NCBI RefSeq assembly: GCF_009914755.1
Contig: NC_060930.1
Origin: the human T2T-CHM13v2.0 reference genome, Homo sapiens
Strand: one strand, 5' to 3'
DNA: 64,000 nt
Below are positions 23,584 to 42,399 of the stretch, piece by piece (within the stretch, counting starts at the first letter, position 1; every line of letters starts with the position of its first letter). The notes beneath the pieces are model-generated. The model made no database searches, had not been told where the DNA came from, and saw nothing but the letters and a program-made list of their open reading frames with translations. A program made the position numbers and the translations under genes.

Positions 23584-26500
23584 AGAGGATGTATAATCGC
23601 ATCCTTTGCTAACAAATAAAACGATTTTCATTGCTTGGATTTTAAGAAAGCTTATGTACTTCTGAGAGCCAGATTTTGTTTGCTTGAACAAATCAGTGAG
23701 TCCAAAAATTGGCTTCCTACGTAGTTTAGATAATAAAAAAATATTGAAATAACATTATTTTTGTGTGGAAGCTACAGAATTTGAGACTCCATGAAGAGAA
23801 CTAGTATAGGCTTTCTATTTGTTTTATTTTGTTTTCAGACAACTAAAACTATGAAAAATATTAATTCTATAGATTTTTTCTTAATGTCATTTTACATGAG
23901 GAATATGACTGTACCTTTCAGATATTGTAGAAAGGCAATGCAAATGTTTTCTAACACTGGGATAAAATCTGGTTGTTAAATAAAGTGTACATCTTTTAGC
24001 CTGAACGGTAAGAAAGATCAGTTCCAGAAGAAATAAAAACTTATTTTGCAATGGTATTTTAGCCTTTAAGTACACAGAAGGTTTTCCAAAAATGGAAGAG
24101 AATGATTCCATTCTGCTTCCCTTTAAATAATGAAACTACAAAATAGTGTCCACATCATGGTGTATAATATCCTTCCATTAGAGCCTTATTTTCTTGTCAA
24201 TATTTTTACTTCAAGCCTAATCTTTTGATGTGATGGAGACTTCAAATTAAATCACAGACAGTGGTTTTCATTTTCTTCCTTTAACATGACATTATTTCCA
24301 GCTCTAAAGTGATTGCGAAGAAAATACTTAACTCCCTAAATTGGCTGTTTAAAGCGCCACAGTAGATTTGACTCTCAAATCGCATCCGTGGTTAAAGTTC
24401 ACCTTGCAACGCATTTGAAATAGGTGCTTTGTGTTGAAAAACAAAACCTGTAAAACTTTTGGGGTTTCAAGTTTTCTGACTCCAAGTTAGTCATTTTCCT
24501 TTAATACTAGAAGAATTAAAGATATTAAAAATCAGCTGTTAGTGCATGTAATTGTGGCCTCTCATTTTTCCTTTTTCTGGAAATGAAAGGAATGCTGAAA
24601 GTGTTCCTGTTTTATAATGTAGGAGGTGGCCAAGCATTTACAACTCCATATACTCCTCCAGTCGAATTCTTCTAAACCTCAGACCTGGCCAGCAGGTTTC
24701 TCCCAGACGATTTTCATTTTCATAACATTCACATCCAATAAGCTGCACAAAACATAGTGTGAGAGAAAAAGGGGGACAGGAAATGGCTCTGTTGCATGGT
24801 TATTACATCCTATTGCCTGTGGGTTGCTTGTTATGAGTTTTAACTATGTAAATATGACGTATATGACATCAGAATTTAATCTTAAAGCTTCTATGTGGGA
24901 GATAGAGTGTGACTTTATTGTTAGGGTTAAAATCAACTGGGTGTTGACAGGTCTCAAAAGTCACTGAGTAAAAGCTTAAAAAGAAAAAGCTCAGACTGAT
25001 AAGCTGTTCTTTGATTGACAACTTCAGGCCTGACTGCCACTATTGAAAACAGTTGGGTGAAAGTTTGGTTGGGGGGAAAAAGTGTTATTTCATAAGAAAC
25101 TATACTGGGAAATATAGGGTGATTTATAAGCTGATATAGCACAAAACCCAAAGAAAAACAGGTGTAAGGTTTAGAAAATCTGGAAACTGGGAGGAAGACA
25201 CTGTCTATGAATGATTTAATTAATATTGTAAAAGGACTTTACCAAAAAGAATGCTGACTCAACCAGAAAAATACATTTCTGTCCACTAGCTTTGGGTTTC
25301 AGCAAATCATTTGTCAACAGCTTGTGGTGAAACAATCTAGTAGGGGGTGGGAGGAAAGAATAAAATGCACAAGCAAAATATTCCAATGGAAAATACATGT
25401 AGTTCTTTTTTTCATCTTTCTAGTAGAGTAGAACCAATTGGCACTGTAAAATTCATTATGGAAACAATAAAATAAATGCATTCTAAAGTAGCCATCATTG
25501 GTTGATTGAAATGTTATGATTGTTATACATGCCATATCTTATCAAATATTATCCATAAGGAAGTATTCAGTTCCTGTTGTGCCAATTATCCTACTATGTG
25601 CATCATAAACTTTTATGGCTTGTTATGGAATGTCACTTGGCTAACTATTTTTCCCTTCAAATATTGCATCATCAGATTCAGATGGAAAACATATTCTAAT
25701 GTGACAAAGTGTTAAAGAAATTTAATACTCTAGGGCTAAATGAAACTGCTATGGTTCATCTCCTGGATAAGAACAACAATTTATGAATGCAGTATTCATT
25801 TCCTGAGGTGAACACAAGCAAAAACCTTGTCTGAAACTTAAAACCTAGATGTTTGGCCTCTGGTAGTTTCCTCATTTAACTCATTGATGTCGTATATTAA
25901 GGCCATTGGTAAGATTACATCTGGGGAGTGCTCACTTTTTCAGCTTCCCTAATTACTTTTACAGGGGACTCCTGGCATAATTGCATCAGCCAGGACCAGG
26001 CCACAGAGTTTATGAGATCAATCTTTCACTTTTAATATATTGCTAAAATGTCAAAATAATCGATTTGTTTTCTCTTGATTGTGAAAACTGATGAAGAGTT
26101 TGGCATTTTAATTCACAGAGGCATCCATTCAGATCTAGGTTCTAGAATAGTGCATACATTCTATGGAGAAATCATGAAACTATAAACTTAACATGTTATG
26201 TCTTTAAGACCAGAGAACCCAGAGAAGATTCCACAGTCATTTGTATTTGTAGAAAAAGACAAATAACAATTGCCAAGAATCGTCATTTTTCTCCTTCCAA
26301 AAACTAAACATCTGCATTATAAATTTTAGTATATTAAACATAATAAAGTAAACTTACAGGAAAATTTATTTGAGTCTTACCTGTTATTATCAGGGAGAAG
26401 TAGAGGACACATCTAGACAGCAATATTTTGAGCTTTAAATGCAAACTTCTTTCATTGACAAGAAACCACTTTTATTTAAATATTCTAGAATTCACAGAAA

Positions 26501-27519
26501 TTCTAGGTGACAGGGTAAAATGTTCAGATAAATATATGAGAAGTTGATTATTTGTCCATCTGAGATTTCTACAGAATCAGGAGCAAATTTTGCTCAAAGT
26601 ACTATTTTGCATCATTGTCGGCCATCGCGGGCACCTATAACTGGGGAAAAATGAGACAACAACAGAGAGAAACACATTGCAAGTTTTCATACAAAAAGCC
26701 TCTTTGCCTTTCATAAACTCACCTCTTCTGACCACTGAACTAAACCACGTACAGAGTTGAAAGATGCTTTGACACTGTTAAGATCCAGCATTTAGAGACT
26801 TCAGCTTTTGTGGAAAAAGTGCTCATTGTAAGATAATCAACTGATTTGAGAGGCATAAGAACAGTAATAATAATAATAATAATAAGAAACCATTTTAGGT
26901 GATGACTGGAGGAAAAAAAAACCCAGCAAGGTGTGGGGCAGGCTCTATGCATAAAATTAGAACTCAAACCTGTCATATGCTTTCAGTAAGTGAGGGCCAT
27001 GTGGAGGCAACTTGGAGGGAGAAGAATAAAACACAAAGAGAAAAGAAGAAAGAAGCCTAGACCCTTCTGGAAGCAGCTGCATCTACCATTCTTGGCATGC
27101 AGTGTTCTTTAGTTATTCTGTCTTCTGACACTGCAATGCTCTGCTTGAAATTCCTTGCAATTCCTCACAGGTCTTTTTGAATTCACCTTTAAAAAATTCT
27201 CAATTTTTTTTCATTGGTCGGACCCTCAAAGGAGAAAAACGCAACTTTCTCTATCAGACAGTCATGGCATATTGTTTTGGCTTAGCTAGAATTTGCTAGA
27301 ATGAACCCATTATTACGCTTCCTCTGAGTGCTGACAATGTCATCATCTCTGCATTCTGCAAGTAAATTTGAACTGTGAGTCAAGAATGCCTATTCCAGGG
27401 AGATGCTAGGCATACATAACTGCCTTCTCACCTGCTATCCTCTACCTCAGAGAAGAGAGGTAGAGCAGGCAGAAAGGAGGGTATGGATAAAGAATTGGGT
27501 CCTTACTAATGACTCACAT

Positions 27520-27700
27520 ATTGCAACAGGTATTACATTCTTGAATTATCTCACTCCATCCACATCACAATTCTACACTGTAGGTAGGCAGATATGCTTA
27601 CCTTTTTTTAACAGACAAAGAAACAGATTGAAGAGCTCACATAGCTTATAAGAGCTCAGTTTGACTCCAAGTTTGTGCTTCTTTCACTACTTTCTGCCAT
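27520..27700 (-). mobile_element. MIR
   Basis: TTATCTCACTCCATCCACATCACAATTCTAC...GTAGG...TTTAACAGACAAAGAAACAGA. Confidence 0.55.
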
Positions 27701-27841
27701 AAACTCCTTTACTATATTTCTTTTCAAATATTTTAAAGACATTGTCTTTGAAATGCTGAATGGACAATGAATGAAGGTATGTTTTTAAGTGTTTTGTGAA
27801 TTTTAATTTTTTATGCCCAAGTAGACTTATTTTATTTTATC

Positions 27842-33460
<5,619 letters not shown>

Positions 33461-33874
33461 TAAGGCAGGGAGTAATATAAATCTCACGTGCAGTTAGAAC
33501 AGTGGATTCTCAGTGGGTTGGAGCAGAAATTCCAATCATTAGAAGTTTTTCCGGGTTTACAGATCCAATCATGTGTCAAGGACATGGATCACAATATGGC
33601 TGAGGTGGTAGGCACCCATCTGGGTGAAATCCCAGGCTATTTTCTTAGTTGTATTCAAGGGTCTTATGGCCATAGTCTCTTCTACACTCTTGAGTGAAGG
33701 GTCATTCTTGTCTTCCAGGAACAGTTGGCCTTTTTGGATGAAGGTGTGATTACTGGAAAGGAGTACTGCCAGGTGATAAAGTAAGAAGACAAAGATGCAG
33801 ACAATCAAAAGCAGCCACATCAGTCTGGTGATGGGCAAGGGAACACGTGTCAAAGCCAGCTGACCTTTACATAC

Positions 33875-33924
33875 ATCACGGCTAACTAGAAAACCATTTG
33901 GTGACTTGCTAGTTCCTCGAACTT
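33875..33924 (-). other. Candidate 50-nt exon of an unidentified transcript
   Basis: Acceptor CCATTCTCTTTCCCAG|, donor GAT|GTATGT, and 2 CpGs in otherwise CpG-poor unique DNA; no homology recognised. Confidence 0.3.
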
Positions 33925-34239
33925 CTGGGAAAGAGAATGGTGTTATAGGTGAGAGAATGGGGTGAAATCAGGGAGGTGTAAAATAACAGGATTTATTGGA
34001 AGGATAAGATTTTCAATGCAGTTGAAATAGAGGATTAAGGTGGGGGGGAATGTGGCAACAGAATTTTTGTCATCACAATAAACCAAAGGCATAATAAAGT
34101 ACCTAAGAGATGTTTTGCTCAAAATTGTCCAAAATGGCACAGCCAGAGCTCTCTCTTCTAGGAGTCTATCAAGAAAATGTGTACTGATACAGAACATAGT
34201 CATAGCTGTGTGGAGGAGACATAGCTAAAATGCACAGAG

Positions 34240-34450
34240 AGCTTTACATGTACCATCAGATTTAATCTCCATACAACCTGTTGTGTTGTATCTACTATTA
34301 TTTTCCCTACTTGATTTATGTGGAAACTAAAGCTTGGAAAGGGCAGGTAACTTCCCAGGGTAAAAGCTAACCCAGAATTAGGGCCCAGGTCTTTTGAACT
34401 TCAGGGCCTATGGTGATGACCAATAGGCGGTGCTGCTCCTCACTACACTA
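34240..34450 (-). mobile_element. MIR
   Basis: GAGCTTTACATG...TTTAATCTCCATACAACC...GGAAACTAAAGCTTGGAAAGG...TAACTTCCC. Confidence 0.6.
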
Positions 34451-34759
34451 TTCTGTGAGTATTGTATCTGTGCCTCACTTCTATACGCTAAACTGTAGCT
34501 ATCAAAGGCTATTGGATTTTTTAAAAATTCAGACATTCATAGATTTAAAAAAATCTTTCCATCATTATTAACTAAGAGTTGACCATATGCTTAGTACTGG
34601 GGTAGGTTGTTTGCTTTAATTAAAGATGCAGGCATTAATCAAACATTTCCATATGAGTGTGTTGGCTAAGTTTGGTATTCTAGTGTGAAATGCAAAGTCT
34701 GTGATATTTAAACATAATTACAGAATCAAAATTGTGTGTATTCAGATGAAATTTTTCCA

Positions 34760-34868
34760 TTGGTATTAATACATTGGATACAAGTGTAATTTTGTTACAT
34801 TGATGTCTATAGTGGTGAAGTCAGGGCTTTTAGTGTATCCATCACTAGAGTAACTACATTGTACCCAT
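34760..34868 (-). mobile_element. Short L1 3' end fragment (L1MA/L1PB4-like)
   Basis: GGATACAAGTGTAATTTTGTTACAT...GTGGTGAAGTCAGGGCTTTTAGTGTATCCATCAC. Confidence 0.65.
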
Positions 34869-36889
34869 GTGTGTATTATCATTGTCCTATTTTCAAAGCA
34901 GAGCAATTGCTTTTCAGAATTAAGTTTACACAGACAAGGATTTTTCCAAATTGATAATTAAATGTCCTTGCTGTAGTCAGGGTCCTAACTTCAGTCATGG
35001 GGTAGCTACTGAAATTATATATTTTTAGATGTGTGTTTGTGTGTGTGTGGGCATGTGTGTGTGTGTGTGCACGCGCATATGATGGAGGGGGTGTCACATA
35101 ATTGAGAATATTGAATAGACTGGCTCAGATGGGGAAGTAGAATGAAACACCAAATCAAAGGCAAGACATCAACTGTGTGCAGTGTTGCATAAATCAAAGG
35201 GGCGCCAGATGATATGGATGTGGTTTCAGTTGTGAAAATGAAAAAGAAAGGATATATTTAGAAGAAAATTGACTGCTTAGTAGAGATTTAAAAAAACGTA
35301 AGTTTAAGGATGTGTGCTTTAAATAGGAAGATAATTATAAAATTAAGTATTCAATGAAACTATTACAATAGGGTTTTTTTCCCAATGCCTGTTGAATTTC
35401 ATAGGACTTACCAAAAATTGAATACAAGTTTTTTCTTGATTTATCATATGTATAACCTATCAAAATGGTTCAACAATTTCTCTAAGTCTTGCAACAAATT
35501 AAACAACAAATTGAACTTGCAACAAACTAAACTTTAAGCTTCAGCAAAGACTAATATATTTACATGTAGAATCCTTATACTGCCTTAATGTTTATTCTTT
35601 TATCTTAAGGTCCCTGCCTGGAGAAAATTCATTTTCCTTTCTGTTTGATTGAAAGATGGTAACAACCTCCCTCCCATATTTACAATAAGATCAAAATGGC
35701 ATTTTATTTGCCCATCTGGAGATCACCAAATGCGTAAAGCTTGTCCGTGTGGAGGCCATCTGTTGGGAATGGAGACACACATGGAAACTTACTCCTTGAA
35801 CTTCTTTTTTAACTTTCTCTTTTGCTTGCCTGAGTAGAAGGCAATTCAGACCTGTCACTTGTGATACAAACTGTAGGCCAGGACACACTGCTGCCTTTTA
35901 ATGTCACAAACCCTTTCATTTGCCCAACTGTGAATACCTCTCTGAGAAGATCTAAAGGGTGAAAAAATTTTGGCACCATCTTTCATGACACAAATTGAAG
36001 GTTAGAGTCAGAGCTTTCCCTAATGGGCTATTGCTGGGGTTGTGCTTAGAACAAGGGAAGAGTCTTGGGGAATCATAACCATACTTTTTCTTTGAAAGTA
36101 TCCATGGTCTCTCTAAGTAATTCTGAATGTTGGGGAATATGGAGAAAAACACTTTCTGACTCAATTTTTTTTCTACTTTATGTCCTCACATGTTTCTATT
36201 TCAAGTTGAAGAAAATAATTTGGTTTAAAAATCATTTCAAAATGATGTTACTTGTGGTGTAGGACAAATAAATCACCAGGGCCTCGACTTCTCAGAGACA
36301 CTTTGGATGTGGATAGAATTTTGCAGACTTGCACTGTTTTTATCTTACTTAGATTATATGCAGGTACAATTTCATGTCTGTAACTACCACCAGTCAGTAT
36401 GTTAACTGGACTGGCTCGATGCTAAAACCCAGCACACAGCTGTGAGCAAGGAGGCCACACAGTCCTTGTCTACAAGCTTGCTGCATCAGACTGTTTTATG
36501 AACCTTCGACACTTTTAGCACCTGACTGGTTTGCCATTAAAGTCAACAAAATTGCTTCTTAAACAATAATTTTAAGATCTCAGCTTTGCACTCTACATTG
36601 CCTTGTTCTTTTAATTTTCCTCACATTCCTTTTCAACATTTCTGTATGTAGTTCTGCTTTCTCTTATACTCTTTGCTCAAATGCTAGTTATCTCTCCCAT
36701 TCGTGATTAGAACTTATTTCTTGAAGTCATCTTAACCTTTATTTAAACCAGCCTCTAAAAATTCTCAACACTGCTACCAAAGTCATCTTTTCTTTCTGGC
36801 TTTTTCGCTCCCTTAAATGTATTTGTGTAGTGTTCTAAAAAAAATTCAGTGGTAATGGCAATAGCAATTTATTCCTTACTATTTTTAAA

Positions 36890-37290
36890 GAAAGTTGTGC
36901 TTTTGGTAATAGCGAAAAATAGAAAACAACTTAAATCTTAGACCATAGGGAACTGGATTAATGGATTATGGTGTATAAACATAATTGAATCTGAAGCAAC
37001 CACTAAGGATTATTTTAGAGGAGTTGTTAACAATTTGGAAAATGTTCACAATAAATTGAGGTGGAAGACTGTGTTAGAAAATAGTATGTGAGGTATCACC
37101 ACACTTTTGTAATAAGAAATTTACATGTTTGTGTAGAGAAAAGGACTGCAACTACAGAATCAAAATGTTAATTATGCTTATCTCTGATTGATGGAATTAT
37201 TGGTGAGTTCATTTTATTCTTTATGAGTTTTGTATGTTCTTCAAATATTCTACAATGAAAGTATTTACTTTTAGAGCCAGAAAAATTATT
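36890..37290 (+). mobile_element. Old L1M (L1ME/L1MC-like) 3' end
   Basis: GTAATAGCGAAAAATAGAAAACAACTTAAAT...AAAATGTTAATTATGCTTATCTCTG...TTCTACAATGAA. Confidence 0.6.
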
Positions 37291-37329
37291 TTAGAAAATG
37301 GGCAAAAACATATCACTTAAGAAGTGGTG

Positions 37330-37697
37330 TGATATGGTTTGGCTGTGTCCCCGTCCAAATCTCATCTTGAATTGTAGTTCCCGTAATCTCCATGTGTCAT
37401 GGAAAAGACCCAGTGGGAAGTAATTGAATCATGGGGGTGGTTCCCCCATGCTATTCTCATGATAGTAAGTTCTCACAAGATTTGATGTTTTTATAAGGGG
37501 CTTCCCCCTTTGCTTGGTTCTCATTCTCTTTGCTGCCACCATGTGAAGAAGGACGTTTGCTTCTCTTTCTGCAATGGTTGTAAGATTCCTGAGGCCTCCT
37601 CATCCCTGCAGGAATGTGAGTCAATTAAATCTCATTTCTTTATAACTTACCCAGTCTTGGGTATTTCTTCATGGTAGTGTGAGAATGGACTAATACA
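37330..37697 (+). mobile_element. THE1 (C/D-like) MaLR solo LTR
   Basis: TGATATGGTTTGGCTGTGTCCCC...GAGAATGGACTAATACA; perfect 5-bp TSD TGGTG at 37325-37329 and 37698-37702. Confidence 0.92.
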
Positions 37698-39710
37698 TGG
37701 TGTTTGCCTTCTATTATTCTAAAACACTTATCTAAACTCAGACCTAAAAACTGGGCAGGTAAAATGGTGTCACACCTCTAAACCAAGGAGCAGATGAGAA
37801 TTCTATATTATGTATAGCAAATGAGCCAAACATCTGGGATTCTAGGACACTTTCTGCTGTTGACACCAGTAGGTGATCTGATAACATTTAAGTCTACTTA
37901 TGTTTCAACATTTCTGGAAATAGTCGCATGTACCATGTTTCCTCCACTCTAAATAAGACCTCCTGGCAGCATCTTTCATTAGATGTCATAGTCAAGAACA
38001 TTAGCTCTTCTGTGTAAATCCTTTGGCTGAGCCCATCTCCTTCAGCTTCTTCAAAGTTTCACCTTAATCCCTTACTTTGTTCAGTATCCTTTATATTGGG
38101 TTATCTCATATCAACCTCAGAACTTTCTCACAATGACATATTTTTGAAACATCTTTCCTGTCCTGTAAGAATATGTTAAGACATTCCCATGGCTATGTGA
38201 CCATTTTCAGCTCCCAGCCAGGCCCAGCTGTGTGCATGTAGGATTACCCTCCACTCAACTTGTAGCCCAGCCTGGCCAGACAAAGAGGAGAGAAAAGGCT
38301 GCATGAGGTTATCTGCAGGGAGATGTGCCTGAGGCAACTCCAGATAACTTTTGAGCACTTCCATGAGTGGGGCTTGAGTATGGAGAAGGAGGAAGAGGAG
38401 CAGCATGGTTGAGAGAGGTGCAGGCATGGCAGAGAAAGCTGTTTTATTTTTTGTCTTTTTAATAATAGCCATTCTAATTGGGGTAAAATGATACCTTATC
38501 GTGGTTTTGATTTGCATTTCCCTGATGATTAGTGATAGTGAGCATTTTTTCATATATCTGCTGTTCATTTTTAGGTCTTCTTTTGAGAATTGTCTATTCA
38601 TGTCATTTTTCCACATTTTAATGAAATATTTGTTTTGCCTTGTTATTATTGAGTTGTTTGTATATTATTGTATATTCTAGATGTTAGTCCCTTCTCAGAT
38701 GAATAGTTTGCAGATATTTTCTCCCATTTAACATGTTGTCTCTTCACTCTGTCAACTGTTTCGTTTGATGTTCAGAAGGCTCTTAGTTGCATATAGTTCA
38801 ATTTATCTATTTTTGTTTTAGTTGTCTGTGCTTTTGAGGTCTTAGCCATAAAATATTTGTTTAAACCAATGTCTGGAAATGTTTTCACTATGTTTTCTAC
38901 TAATAATTTTATAGTTTCAGGTCTTACATGTAAGTCTTTAGTCCATCTTGAGTTGATTTTTGTATACAGTGAGAGGTAGAGGTCCAGTTTCATTCTTCTG
39001 CCTATGGATACCCAGTTTTCCCAGCACCATTTATTGAAGATGGTGTCCTTTCCCCAGTGTATGTTCTTGCCATCTTGTCAAAAATTAGTTGGCTGTAAAT
39101 ATGTAGATTCATTTCTGGATTCTCTATTCTGTTCCATTGGTCTATGTGTCTACTTTTATACCAATAGCATGCTGGTTTGGTTACTTTACTCTTATAATAT
39201 ATTTTGAAGTTAGGAAGTGTGAAGCCTCCAGCTTTGTTTTTTCTGCTCAGGATTACTTTGGCTATTCTGGCTTTTTTTGTTTGTTTGTTTCCATATGAAT
39301 TTTAGGATTTTTTTTTCTATTTCTGTGAAAAATGGCAGTGGTGTTTGATAGTGAGTACATTGAGCCTATATATTGCTTTGGGTTATATGGCCATTTAAAT
39401 GATATTAATTCTTTTGATCCAGGAGTATGGGATGACTTTCCGTTTGTTTTTGTCCTCTTTAACTTCTTTCATCAGTGTTTTGTAGTCTTCCTTGTAGAGA
39501 TATTTCACCTCCTTAAATTTACTCCTAGGTATTTTTTTTGTAGCTGCTGTAAATGGATTGCCTTCTTGATTTCTTCTGGCTATTTGATTATTGGTATATC
39601 AAAACACTACTGATTTTTGTATATTGATTTTGCATCTTCCAACTTTACTGAATTTGCTTATCAGATCTAAGAGATTTTTGGTGGAGGGAGTCTTTTGGTT
39701 TTTCCAAATA

Positions 39711-40130
39711 CATCAATGATAGACTAGATAAAGAAAACATGCTACATAAACACCACAGAATACTATGCAGCCATTAAATGAACAAGATCATGTCCTTTGC
39801 AGGGACATAGATTGAGCAGGAGTCCATTATCCTTAGTAAACTAACGCAGGAACAGAAAAGCAAATACCACATGTTCTCACTCATAAGTGGGAGCTGAATA
39901 ATGAGAACACATGGACACATGGGCGATGGGAAACAACACACACCAGGGCCTGTGGGAGGGCTGGGGGTGGGAGGAGAAAAAGCATCATAGCTAATAAATG
40001 CTGGGTTTAATACCTGGGTGATGGGATGATCTGTTGACCAAACCACCATGGCACACATTTACCTATGTAACAAACTTGCACATCCTGCATGTGTACCCCA
40101 GAACTTAAAATAAAAGTTGGAAAAAAGAAA
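39711..40130 (+). mobile_element. L1PA11-13-like 3' end inserted antisense in the older L1
   Basis: CATCAATGATAGACTAGATAAAG...CCTATGTAACAAACTTGCACATCCTGCATG...AATAAAAGTTGGAAAAAAGAAA. Confidence 0.85.
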
Positions 40131-40654
40131 TTATGTCATCTACAAAGAGGGACAATTTGAATTCCTCTTTTCCAATTTGGATCCCTTTTATTTTTTTCTC
40201 TTGCTTGATTGCATTGGCAATAATATGCAGTACTATGTTGAATAGGAGTAGTGAAAGTGGGTATCCTTGTCTTGTCTCAATTCTTAGAGGAAAGGCTCTC
40301 AATTTTAACCCATTCAGTATAATCTTAGCTGTGAATTTGTCATATATGTCCTTTATTATTTTGAGATGTAATCCCTCTATACCTAGTTTGTTGAGAGTTT
40401 TTCTCATGAAAGGATGTCCAATTATATCAAATATTTTTTCTGTATCTATTGGGATGATTATATGGTTTTTGTCCTTCATCCTGTTGATGTGGATATATAA
40501 TGTTTACTGATTTCTGTATGTTAAAACATTCTTGCATCCCTGATATAAATTCCACTTGATCATGGTGTATTATCTTTTTGATGTGCCGTTGAACTCGGTT
40601 TGCTAGTATTTTGCTGAGGATTCTTGTGTTTATGTTCAGCAGGGATATTGGCCT

Positions 40655-40660
<6 letters not shown>

Positions 40661-40702
<42 letters not shown>
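40661..40702. repeat. (TG)21 perfect microsatellite inside L1 ORF2
   Basis: Direct reading. Confidence 0.95.
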
Positions 40703-40704
<2 letters not shown>

Positions 40705-42093
40705 CTTGTCTGGTTTTGGTATCAGATTAATGCTGGTGCCATACAATGAGTTAGGGAGAATTCTCTCCCTTCAATTGTTTGGAATAGATAGAGGAGCATA
40801 GATATTAGTTCTTTTTATGTTTGGTAAAATTTGGCAGTGAATCTATTCAGTCTTGGGCTTTTCCTTTTTGGGAGACTTTTTATTATTGATTTAATATTGC
40901 TACTCATTATTAGTCTATTCAAGTTTTTAATTTCTTCCTGATTCAGTGTTGGTAGGTTTTATGTTTTCTGGAATTTATTCATTTCCTCTAGGTTTTCCAG
41001 TTTGTTATCATATAGTTGTTCATAATAGTCTCTGATAATCTTTTGTATTTCTGTGGTATCAGTTGTAATGTCTCCTTCTTCATTTCTGATTTTGTTTATT
41101 TGGGTTTCCTTCTTTTCATGGTTAGTCTAGCTGGTGGTTTATTGATTTTGTTTATATTTTTGAAGAACTAACTTTTTGTTTTGTTGATTCTTTTCATTTT
41201 TAAGCTCTATTTCATTTTCTTCTGCCTTAATCTTTATTATTTCTCTTCTGCTACTTTTGAGTTTGATTTATTCTTGCTTTTCTAGTTCTTTGAGGCACAT
41301 TGTTAGATTGCTTATTTGAGACTTTCCTATTTTTTGATCTAGGTGTTTATTGCTATAAACTTCCCTCTTAATACTGCTTTTGCTGTATCCCACAGGTTTT
41401 GGTATGTTGTGTATCCATTTTCATGTGTTTCAAGATATTGTTTGGTTTATATCTTGATTTCTTTATTGACCTAATGGTTGTTCTGGAGCATGTCATTTAA
41501 TTTTTATGTATTTGTATGCTTTCCAAAGTTCCTTTCATATTTATTTCAAGTTTTATTCCATTGTGGTCTGAGAAGATACTTGATATGATTTTGATTTTTA
41601 AAAATTTGTTGAGTTTTTTTGTTGTCTAACATATGTTTTTTTTCTGGAGAGTGTTTCATGTGCTGATAAGAAGAATGTGTATTCTGCAGTTGTTGCATAA
41701 AATATTCTGTAAATGTGTGTTAGGTCCATTTTGTCTAAAGTCCAGTGGGTGTTAAAAATCCCCTGCTATTATTGTATTAAAGTCTATCTCTCTGTTTATA
41801 TCTAGTAATATTTGCCTTATGAATCTGGTTGCTCTATGTTGGATGCATATATATTTAGAATTGGTATATCCTTCTCCCTGGATCAATCCCTTTATTGTTA
41901 TGTAATGACCTTCTTTGTCTTTTTTAAAAACTGTTTTTGACTTAAAATCTCTTTTATATGATATCAGCATAGCTATTCCTGCTTGCTTTTGGTTTTAATT
42001 TGCATGAAATATCTATTTCCATCTCTTCAGTTTCAGTCTATATGTGTTTCTATAGGTAAAATGTGTTTCTTATAGGCCACATACAGTTGGATC

Positions 42094-42399
42094 TTTCTTA
42101 TTTTTTATTTTTGACAGGGCCTCACTTTGTCACTCAGGCTGGAGTGCCGTGGCAAAATTATGGCTCACTGCAGCCTTGACTTTCTATGCTCAAACAATCC
42201 TCCCACCTCAGCCTCCCAAGCAGTTGGGACTACAGGCACATGCCACCATGCCTGGCTAATATTTAATATTCAATTTTTTTGTAGAGATAGGGACTCACTG
42301 TGTTGCCCATGTTGGTCTTAAACTCCTGGGCTCAAGAAATCCTCTCACCTTGGCCTCGCAAAACGTTGAGACTACAGGCATGAGCCACTGCAACCAGCC
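42094..42399 (-). mobile_element. AluJ element
   Basis: Diverged dimeric Alu inside the L1. Confidence 0.9.

Noticed and set aside
24352-24368. CTCF-like GCGCCACAGTAG
   Set aside because: Only the GCGCC half matches the motif.
33569-33853. Faint resemblance of the TM ORF to alpha-1,4-glycosyltransferase N-termini (QKGQLFLE...SVE)
   Set aside because: Only a few residues match by eye; no DXD catalytic region found; not nameable without a search.
38176-38616. 146-aa ORF fusing L1 ORF2 to a hydrophobic tail
   Set aside because: Read-through across a rearrangement junction; no start context or splice support.
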